DNA from: a virus
Taxonomy: Duplodnaviria > Caudoviricetes
Length of the DNA stretch: 59,489 nt
Strand: one strand, 5' to 3'
Virus record (IMG/VR): IMGVR_UViG_3300033562_001863
Span: 1 to 59,489 of that record
Positions 52,024 to 59,489 of this stretch are shown here, in pieces. Under the pieces are notes generated by a model. It was not told the origin of the DNA. It searched no databases and saw nothing but the letters and a program-made list of their open reading frames with translations. Position 1 is the stretch's first letter; each line of letters opens with the position of its first letter. A program made the position numbers and the translations under genes.

Positions 52024-54717
52024 TTAACTGATGGTAGTTCCAGTTTTATAAACGTTAAGATTGAGCTCTATGATTTCAATGGTTCCAGTTGGAACTATCT
52101 TGATAATACCCTTCATTATGTTTTGTGCCATAACGTCGGCTGTATTTATAGAACTGTCAATAACAACCTTATACTGCTCTATACCATTATCCTGCCTTAT
52201 TGGCTCAAGGATTGAGTTAATAAGGTTAGTAGCGCTCTGCCAGCTGTCAGTGTTATTCGGCTCAAAAAGCATCGTGTTCATTGCCTGCTTAATAAGCTTC
52301 TTTGCGTATATCGTCATTCTTCTTACATTAACTCTATCTAGAGCTGATGTATTTCTCAGGGCAGTTTTCTGTCCATAAACGATAACACCTTTGCTGATAA
52401 AATTGACTATCGGATTTACACAGTTAAGGCCACCATAAAGTTCCTCACGCTCATTGAACGAAGGGGACTTTTCAAGGTCTTGAACTGACAGCACGCCTCT
52501 AGTGTCTCCAGCTGGAGCATACCAAGGATTGTAAAGCCTATCAACCTCAAGAAGCTTAGCAGCCATAAACACAGACGGTGGGCACCAAACGTAAGCTTTG
52601 TTCTCACTGTCATATTCTTTGAGCCAAGGCCAATAAACAGCAGCGTAAGAAGAAGTAACAGCTGAAGTCCTTACAAACTTACCATTGTGCCAGTTTTTAA
52701 CCTGGAGGTAAGTGTAACCCATAGGCGGATCAACCAAATAAATAAAGTCAGCTCTATTTTCAGCAAGAGCTATAGCCGCATCCTGAACTATCTGGGACGT
52801 ATTATCTGGAGTGATAAGAATGTGGAAATTGTAAAGTTCGTCGTTTGCCAAATCGCCAGAGGTAGAAAGGGCATTAACAAACAGATCTTCTCCTCCGATA
52901 GATGGAATACCATCAGTTCCAATCATGTAGTCGTATGAACCAATAGAGTTATTTATATCACCATAAGAAACGTCGGTTGAACCATCGTTAGCTTTTCCTA
53001 AATTATAGGTTCCGTCTGGGAAATCTACTTTTCCATCTCCAGTAGTATCTACAGTATCAAACTTAACCCACTCAGAACCACCCTCTTCAACTGAGACATT
53101 TATAACTTTCTCTATAAAGTTATCATCTGCTATGGTGAGAGATATGTTTCCAAAAGTCTCTTGTAGCTCTCCATCATAATAAACTTCAACAGTATAAATA
53201 TCTTCATCTGTCAAAGCATTGACAGTGGTACTTTTTACTACTGATATTCTGGATGTTGAACTACCAGTCTCTAAGCTGTCTATGATTACTTTATCAGAAG
53301 TATCTGATGTAACAGCAGGTTCTCCGGTTTCTGGGTCATCAACAAGCAACATAGTTGTTAAGCTGCTTCCAACTGTTCCAGTAACAACGCTAGGAGCTGT
53401 GGTTGTATTGCTGGTGAATCTTATTTTTCTTGTTGCACTGCTTCTGGAAACAGTATAACCAGTTATTGCTAGTCTGCCTAAGTTAGCGGCATCAACTGTT
53501 CCAAATAAAGTTATTAAACTTGTTCCATTTATTGAGGTATCGTTGATAGCTAAAGTAACATCTCCAGTCTTGGATTCTCCAAGGGTTAATCTAACCTTAA
53601 GAGTATTTGGATTTTGTTCAGCTGAAACTATGCCAGCCACTATTCCTGACTGACCAGGTTCTGTTATTTCACTGCCCTCTGTTACAAGAGCCCTTAATAT
53701 GTTCTCAGATCCTTCAACAACAGATTCAGGAATACTATTAACTCCAACAAAAGCAGAACTGCCCATAGCAGTTGAAACAAATAGTAAGTTACCACCTACA
53801 TGATAACACCTTGCCGCTATCTTCTGAGTAATCAAGGCATTATTTATTAGAGATACTGCTCCATTAACATCAACTGATGTTGGAGTTGGAATATATACTT
53901 CAGTGAATAAACTGTCGGTAGATACTGTCTTTATGAAAAGCTTGTATCCTGTATGCCCATCTCCACCTATAGTTATAGTTCCAGCTTCTCCATCTAAAGC
54001 CCATGATGTATATCCTCTTGTTCCACTAGTTATAGCTTCATTTATTTTTGTGGCTATATTAGAAAGACTGTCCGTGCTTGAAAGCTGGAGCATTATTTCT
54101 TGGTTATTTGATGAGTTTGAATATATATTAGCTCCACCAACGAGTATGTTCATTCCATAAATAGTTGAGCCATTTATTGAAACAGCTCCAGAAGAAAACT
54201 CTTGGAAGCTTCTAGTTACTCCAAAACCACTTTCTATCTGTGAATAGATATTATCCATATACCATCCACCAGAAGCAGGTGATGATAGATAAATCGGAGC
54301 TTCTGATCCAGATGCTCCAACTTTAAATGAATAAACTTTACCATTAGTAAAACCAGCTGTGCCTACAGGAACATCACTACTTCTTGTAAATTCAGTGTAT
54401 CCATTTATCTGATCTTTTGTATTGTTTATAACCCTTCTTGATGAAAGAGCCATATCACCACCATCTATCTTAGCCACTCTAGTAAACACTACTTGGTTTC
54501 CTTGCTTAAAAGCATTGATGATAGCTAGATAAGAGTACGGTATCCTCGAGCAATATCCAAAAATCTTTTTAAAACTTTTGAGAGAAGTTACCATAGTAGG
54601 TACTCCAATAGGTCCTTTAGTAGCGTATCCTACCACTGCAAGCACAGTTTCTGAGCTTGTCACTGTATAAGTAGATAAGTCTTTTTCTATAAGCGTTACG
54701 CTTGGTGACTTTGCCAT
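52024..54717 (-). CDS. contractile tail sheath protein with large inserted domains
   Basis: N-terminal SP.V...E.DLS..G.A.KGP; C-terminal YWPW, PPS, W.APAG..RG, GQKT..SALDRVNVRR, FEPN. Confidence 0.9.
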   Translation of the reverse strand: MAKSPSVTLIEKDLSTYTVTSSETVLAVVGYATKGPIGVPTMVTSLKSFKKIFGYCSRIPYSYLAIINAFKQGNQVVFTRVAKIDGGDMALSSRRVINNTKDQINGYTEFTRSSDVPVGTAGFTNGKVYSFKVGASGSEAPIYLSSPASGGWYMDNIYSQIESGFGVTRSFQEFSSGAVSINGSTIYGMNILVGGANIYSNSSNNQEIMLQLSSTDSLSNIATKINEAITSGTRGYTSWALDGEAGTITIGGDGHTGYKLFIKTVSTDSLFTEVYIPTPTSVDVNGAVSLINNALITQKIAARCYHVGGNLLFVSTAMGSSAFVGVNSIPESVVEGSENILRALVTEGSEITEPGQSGIVAGIVSAEQNPNTLKVRLTLGESKTGDVTLAINDTSINGTSLITLFGTVDAANLGRLAITGYTVSRSSATRKIRFTSNTTTAPSVVTGTVGSSLTTMLLVDDPETGEPAVTSDTSDKVIIDSLETGSSTSRISVVKSTTVNALTDEDIYTVEVYYDGELQETFGNISLTIADDNFIEKVINVSVEEGGSEWVKFDTVDTTGDGKVDFPDGTYNLGKANDGSTDVSYGDINNSIGSYDYMIGTDGIPSIGGEDLFVNALSTSGDLANDELYNFHILITPDNTSQIVQDAAIALAENRADFIYLVDPPMGYTYLQVKNWHNGKFVRTSAVTSSYAAVYWPWLKEYDSENKAYVWCPPSVFMAAKLLEVDRLYNPWYAPAGDTRGVLSVQDLEKSPSFNEREELYGGLNCVNPIVNFISKGVIVYGQKTALRNTSALDRVNVRRMTIYAKKLIKQAMNTMLFEPNNTDSWQSATNLINSILEPIRQDNGIEQYKVVIDSSINTADVMAQNIMKGIIKIVPTGTIEIIELNLNVYKTGTTIS

Positions 54718-54789
54718 TTTTATTCCTCCAAATTTATTTTTTCTATAAAAAGTTCTATATCTTTACTTTATCTTTGCCAAATGAGAAAA

Positions 54790-54945
54790 CTACATTAGTT
54801 TGACTGTTATAAATCCCTTGTTTTGTAGCTGACTTATTTGATCTGTTAGCTTTTCTATAATAATAGAATCACTAGGCCATATATTCTTACCATCATCTAA
54901 TGTTATAACTTGCCTTAGTTTATTTGTTATCTTATACTTCTTCAC
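54790..54945 (-). CDS. 51-aa hypothetical protein
   Basis: GTG start after GAGG; MKKYKITNKLRQ...; not in ORF track. Confidence 0.5.
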   Translation of the reverse strand: MKKYKITNKLRQVITLDDGKNIWPSDSIIIEKLTDQISQLQNKGFITVKLM

Positions 54946-54963
54946 AAAATAACCTCTCTTATT

Positions 54964-55572
54964 TTATTTATTTATTTCTTCTTCCAAATCTATATTTTGT
55001 ATTAAATAATCCTCTGAAAAATCTACAGGTAGATAAGCTCTTGGAATGGTTATTGTAAATGTTTTTTTAACTAACAAATCCTCTAATCCTGGGTCTGCTA
55101 CACTTTCATTATTTAGTGAGTGGGAATACCACTCTATCCATTGCCCATCAAAAAATAAAGCCATTTTGTTGTTTTTTCGGGCATAAGCCAATGCTTGATA
55201 AGCCATTCTATCGCAATCTACTGGATTAGCAGCTAAAATAGTTACTTTATAGTTCAACTTATATATAATAGGTGCAGGAACCATTCTTGCCTTATCGCTT
55301 ACTGTCTTGAATTCTTTTACATATCCAAGAAGGTTTTCATTTTCAGAATACTCCGTGCTTTCCAAAAAGAATGTTATAGTAGGGTTTAGGTTCCCGCCAT
55401 TCATAACAGGAACAAGATATTTAGCAAATGCTCTTGATGGAGTTGCGTAATTTACATCTACATTCTCATCTTCTGGATATCTATTAAGGTAGAATACTTT
55501 CTTGAGAAACTCTTTGGTTTTTTTACCGTAAGAAACAAAAAGGTCAAACTCGCTTGGTCTTGTTTGTATCAT
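54964..55572 (-). CDS. putative tail completion/terminator protein
   Basis: Position upstream of sheath; P.I.YKLNY.V.I pattern. Confidence 0.5.
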   Translation of the reverse strand: MIQTRPSEFDLFVSYGKKTKEFLKKVFYLNRYPEDENVDVNYATPSRAFAKYLVPVMNGGNLNPTITFFLESTEYSENENLLGYVKEFKTVSDKARMVPAPIIYKLNYKVTILAANPVDCDRMAYQALAYARKNNKMALFFDGQWIEWYSHSLNNESVADPGLEDLLVKKTFTITIPRAYLPVDFSEDYLIQNIDLEEEINK

Positions 55573-55862
55573 ATATTTAAAAAGCCATTGACAACAAAGA
55601 AATCATCATCTTCTATTTTTTCTTTGTCTTTGGCAGAAGTTTTTTTAATAACCCCTCCAGACAAGAAAATGTTTCCTATATTGCCCTTGACTTCTACTCC
55701 TTCTTTAAAACTTAAATCCAAAACACCATCTTTGAAAGAACAATCTTTAACAAAAGAATGTGTCTTTATATAAGCAATGAAAGAGTTTATTTTGCTTTGT
55801 ATCAAAGCATCCTTACTTTTTTCTATGGCATTTAAAAAAGACTCAGTACTAAACTTTTCCAT
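55569..55862 (-). CDS. hypothetical protein
   Basis: ORF in structural operon. Confidence 0.55.
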   Translation of the reverse strand: MEKFSTESFLNAIEKSKDALIQSKINSFIAYIKTHSFVKDCSFKDGVLDLSFKEGVEVKGNIGNIFLSGGVIKKTSAKDKEKIEDDDFFVVNGFLNI

Positions 55863-55866
55863 TTTG

Positions 55867-56694
55867 CTATATACTTATCTTTCTCATTCCATACTGGCGC
55901 TTTTCTATTTCCAATCTATAGTTGCCTGGCAGTCCATCCAAGACATCAAGTTCTATAAGATTGCATTCTAGTGTGTATGTAGCATAGTTCCAGCCAAAAT
56001 CACTTGTAGGGTTAGCACTCTTTACTTCATAAACTCGCCATTTTTCTGTTATTAAAACGTCCCCCATTTCAATAACGTCTGTCATCTTATCGTAAGTTAT
56101 ATCTTTTATGACAAGTACTAAACGTTGGTTTCTAAAGCTGGTCTTGTTAAAATCTTCTATTTTAGAACTCTCTTCGTTTAATAGATATGTAGCAGACATA
56201 CCAGGTACAGTGTTTATTTCAGCAGACAGTTTTTTGAATGTCCCAAAATCTACTGTGGAAACAGTTTTGGTTAAAATAGTATTTAGATAAATATTTATTA
56301 TATTGCCCGTTTTTTCTATCTCTGGCTTCTCCGCTCCAGCATATTCTATATACATTTCTGTAATATTCTTGTCTTTTATATCTCGTATTGTTTTAACCAT
56401 ATTGTCAAAATTTACTACTATTTTTATATTTTCTTCTTTTTCTTCATAATCATCTGACCCTATAAGCCCCTGCCAAGGGTTGGTAGCATGCATAGCATTT
56501 ATCTCAAACGGAGGCAGGTATATACGGGAATGAGTTTCTGTTCCATATAGTTCATGTATCTTGGTATTTTCTTTATCGAGCTTAAATATCTTAATCTTTG
56601 GTCCTACCAGATTTATATACTTCTCGTTCATATAAGAAAAATATCTTGAGGTGTCAGAGTTTTTTAATAAATCATAGTAGTTAGTATCACTCAT
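55867..56694 (-). CDS. putative neck/head-closure protein (T4 gp14-like)
   Basis: E.I...G..I..F......LYG..; GD.L...YEV...FGW..Y.L.C; synteny. Confidence 0.55.
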   Translation of the reverse strand: MSDTNYYDLLKNSDTSRYFSYMNEKYINLVGPKIKIFKLDKENTKIHELYGTETHSRIYLPPFEINAMHATNPWQGLIGSDDYEEKEENIKIVVNFDNMVKTIRDIKDKNITEMYIEYAGAEKPEIEKTGNIINIYLNTILTKTVSTVDFGTFKKLSAEINTVPGMSATYLLNEESSKIEDFNKTSFRNQRLVLVIKDITYDKMTDVIEMGDVLITEKWRVYEVKSANPTSDFGWNYATYTLECNLIELDVLDGLPGNYRLEIEKRQYGMRKISI

Positions 56695-57301
56695 TATTTA
56701 TTTTTTCCATCGACTTCACGGCATTATATTTGAACGCAGTAGCTTGAGCTTTGGCTTCCCTGATACCAATGGTATATTTTATGGCTTGATATGTTATATT
56801 GCCGGGAGATGGGGGCCAAATAGGTGGCTCGCCAGTAGATTTAATAATAGCATTTATAATAGCTCTTTTTACATCTGGTGAGTTTTGTATATTTTTAGGA
56901 AGTTTCAAGAACTCTTCCTTTGCTCTACTTGTTTCTTTGCCGTAAGATTTTTCATCAATGGCAGAATATACATCCTTTAAAAGGTCTCCATATTCCCTTA
57001 AGTTCTGTTTTTCATCATTATATATTTTATTAACCAGAGGATCTTTTCTGGCATAACCCATATATTTTGAAACATCTTCATCTTTTACATCTTTTATTTC
57101 TTTAAACTCTTTTATGGCAATATTCCAACTGCGGGTTATTCCCTTTAAACCTTTTGACAAAGCAAAAAGAAGTTGGGCTCCGCCATAAGCAGAAACTAGA
57201 GCGACAGTAGGAAGACCAAGTACGACAGCAGCCGCCATCCCAGCATCTTCATTTAAAGCGTTTTCTTCTTTGCTATCTATAAAATCCCTAAAATCGTTCA
57301 T
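56687..57301 (-). CDS. hypothetical virion-region protein
   Basis: ORF in structural operon. Confidence 0.55.
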   Translation of the reverse strand: MNDFRDFIDSKEENALNEDAGMAAAVVLGLPTVALVSAYGGAQLLFALSKGLKGITRSWNIAIKEFKEIKDVKDEDVSKYMGYARKDPLVNKIYNDEKQNLREYGDLLKDVYSAIDEKSYGKETSRAKEEFLKLPKNIQNSPDVKRAIINAIIKSTGEPPIWPPSPGNITYQAIKYTIGIREAKAQATAFKYNAVKSMEKINNE

Positions 57302-57717
57302 TAAATAACTCCTTCTCTTTTTATACCAGAAATCTTGTCAGCCCAGTTTTCTGGATATCTTTTATAATAATCTTTTCCAAACTCATTTGAAAGCCTTGAT
57401 ATGATATTAAAAGTTATAGAAGGTATTCCAACTATTATCAAATAGAGTGGGCCAAGTATAACACTTTGTATTGTATGTCCGTATTCGTGTTTTTTGGTTG
57501 TCTCTCCAGCATCTTTTGTAGTTTTATAAATAGTTCCTAAAAAAATCATAGTACCAAGAGACACTCCATAGTTCCAGTTACCAACCCAATATACTGTGGC
57601 AACTCCAATGGTTTCTTTTTCTACTATTTTCTTACATAAAAAAAGCCAGACAAGAAAACCAAGAATATGTTGAGGAAATCCTATTACGCTTAATATAATC
57701 TTTAAAAATATTTTCAT
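57301..57717 (-). CDS. membrane protein with HExGH motif
   Basis: HEYGHTIQS.ILGPLYL...PS...E.WAD. Confidence 0.65.
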   Translation of the reverse strand: MKIFLKIILSVIGFPQHILGFLVWLFLCKKIVEKETIGVATVYWVGNWNYGVSLGTMIFLGTIYKTTKDAGETTKKHEYGHTIQSVILGPLYLIIVGIPSITFNIISRLSNEFGKDYYKRYPENWADKISGIKREGVI

Positions 57718-57728
57718 TTGTTTTTTCC

Positions 57729-59489
57729 TTATCCAAACATTATTAAAAGAGGTTCGCTTTGCGATTTCATTTTTTCTTTCAAAGCAGCAAGTTCTTCTTT
57801 GCCTTGTGATATTAAATCTGCACCATTAAGCTGTATCATTTCACCACCACCAGGGATGGAAGAACCAAAGGTAGAACGTATAGTTCCAAGTATTATCTTT
57901 GCTTTTGCTAAAACATACTCCCTGATATGCTGATTTGTGAGTATCTCATCTATAGTAAGAGTTGCTCTATATTTTATGCCAACCTGTAATCCAGATGAAG
58001 GAGGTATAGGATACAAGAACATTTTACCACCAACTATCTCCCAGCGTGGTTCTGTTCCAAGTATTAAGTTCATATCCTTTTCAAAAGACAGGAATAAAGA
58101 ATAATCAGTTAAGAAACCTGGCTCTGTAGGACGTCCATATTTATGGAATAAATACTGAATATAAATATTACTTGCCATCTCACCAGAAGCAGAGAAGTAT
58201 CCAAACGGCATTCTTGGCTTAACTATTACATCAATAATAAAATCAGAGCCACCTATAATAGATGGAACATCATAGCCAGACCTACCATCTCCAGTAAGTG
58301 TCATATAATGGATACTTTCATTAAAGTTTCTCCATCTATTTACTTCATAAACTGCTTCTGAAAGACAGGTTTCGAGTTGCCCGTCTGTAAGTTCTACTGG
58401 AACAATCGGTGCTCCAAGATTATGTCTTACAAAATCAAATATTGGAGAATAATCTACTACATTAACCACACCAGCATCTTCTCCAAGATCAGTTGCTTCG
58501 TATCCCCATATAATATCAAGACAGTCATCAGCAGTAGCTTCGCTTATAGATATAAAAGCATCGGCTCCTTTGGTAGCTGTTTGAAGAACGAGATGACCGA
58601 ACCCATCATCTTTGGCTATATCTAACCCAGGAACAGCAGCGGCATTTATAGCAGATTTTATTTCTTCCAGGGTAACAGCTGACGGATTAGCAGCTCCCAC
58701 AGAGACATCTACTTCCAGAGTTCCTTGGTCAGTAGTTATTTTTACTTTGTTATTAACAGATAAATCTACTGCGGTAATCGCTATTGTTCCAGTAATGACA
58801 GCAGATTTCTCGTCTCCACTTTCTGTTATGATATCTATATTGTCTATCCAGCAGTCAGTGGTTCCATCACTTTCAAAAAATACACGTATTATAAGAGATG
58901 CTTCTTCGTTGAAATAAAGATCCTGAAACTTTGTTTCTATTACTGATGCTGTTACACTTTGTGAGAAAGTTCCATCTCCACTTCTCCAATCTCCAGACAA
59001 ATAGTAATACCAAGTGGCTCCTATTTTTACCGAGAAGTGACATCCACTCGAACAAACTACATTTAAATCTTTTACTTCTTCTTCTTTAAATCCAGTTCCG
59101 AACTCTATATCAACATAAGGAGTGTCTGTAGGGTATGGAGTTAAAGCAGCTGTCTCTACTATATAGTTCTTAAAGTTTTGAGGAACCTTATAGACAACCA
59201 GTTCATCAATCTTATAAATATTGGTTGGGCTTCCAGACAAAACAAGCTTTGTATTTACAGAACTTCTAACAAGCTCATATGGCTCAACTCCAATAAGTTT
59301 TCCATCAAGGAATAAGAATAAAGAACTGTCTGTCCAAGTTAGCTCAAAAGCATAGAATGTAGTATTTACATTTGAGAATATCCCAAAATCTTTTTCTACT
59401 ACCAAGGCACCAAGATAGTTATACATTTTAACTATTATGTGGGAAGTAGTAGTATGAGTTATTTCTATTTTATTGTTGTTGTTTATTCC
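57729..59489 (-). CDS. neck protein (T4 gp13-like C-terminus) with long N-terminal extension; start lies beyond the window end
   Basis: LGAP.V.VEL..Q, A.AK..LG..R..F...PGG..LNG..L...G.EE; frame open to base 59489. Confidence 0.7.
   Translation of the reverse strand, partial: GINNNNKIEITHTTTSHIIVKMYNYLGALVVEKDFGIFSNVNTTFYAFELTWTDSSLFLFLDGKLIGVEPYELVRSSVNTKLVLSGSPTNIYKIDELVVYKVPQNFKNYIVETAALTPYPTDTPYVDIEFGTGFKEEEVKDLNVVCSSGCHFSVKIGATWYYYLSGDWRSGDGTFSQSVTASVIETKFQDLYFNEEASLIIRVFFESDGTTDCWIDNIDIITESGDEKSAVITGTIAITAVDLSVNNKVKITTDQGTLEVDVSVGAANPSAVTLEEIKSAINAAAVPGLDIAKDDGFGHLVLQTATKGADAFISISEATADDCLDIIWGYEATDLGEDAGVVNVVDYSPIFDFVRHNLGAPIVPVELTDGQLETCLSEAVYEVNRWRNFNESIHYMTLTGDGRSGYDVPSIIGGSDFIIDVIVKPRMPFGYFSASGEMASNIYIQYLFHKYGRPTEPGFLTDYSLFLSFEKDMNLILGTEPRWEIVGGKMFLYPIPPSSGLQVGIKYRATLTIDEILTNQHIREYVLAKAKIILGTIRSTFGSSIPGGGEMIQLNGADLISQGKEELAALKEKMKSQSEPLLIMFG

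Noticed and set aside
1-59489. Stop-codon reassignment
   Set aside because: TAA, TAG and TGA all terminate conserved genes and tags; long genes are intact in code 11; no suppressor tRNA seen

Overview
A 59.5-kb, AT-rich segment of a large contractile-tailed dsDNA phage using the standard genetic code. The host is probably a spirochete, inferred from an SSB-like ORF and spirochete-type lipoboxes. Bases 1-51,961 are a plus-strand accessory/early region driven by about 26 copies of one sigma70-type promoter (TTGACA/TTTACA-N17-TATAAT). It contains many small ORFs, an RNA-repair set (two RNA ligases, HD + Pnk, phosphoesterases, cyclic-phosphate receiver), a (p)ppGpp-hydrolase-like HD protein, an R-M pair, two M28-like peptidases with four paralogous Cys-motif proteins, and about 30 tRNA/tRNA-like genes. 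Bases 52,024-59,489 are minus-strand structural genes (tail sheath, neck/tail completion). The most unusual observations are: (1) about 20 small proteins of several unrelated families ending in the same Q-[LFY]-E-F-x-F tail, half of them butted against the next promoter; (2) six near-identical tRNA-Glu(CUC) genes differing essentially only in the anticodon stem, five of which punctuate self-closing non-coding RNAs; (3) a stand-alone RNA mimicking the 23S rRNA L11-binding/GTPase centre; (4) a 104-nt mini-tmRNA; (5) a radical SAM enzyme followed by a (GHCG)x4 peptide; (6) a tRNA-Ser split by an endonuclease gene whose stop codon is the anticodon of a second, nested tRNA-Ser; (7) three tRNAs with a rearranged D-arm and a Y-RNA-like permuted tRNA. 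All calls were made by eye; no database searches were run.
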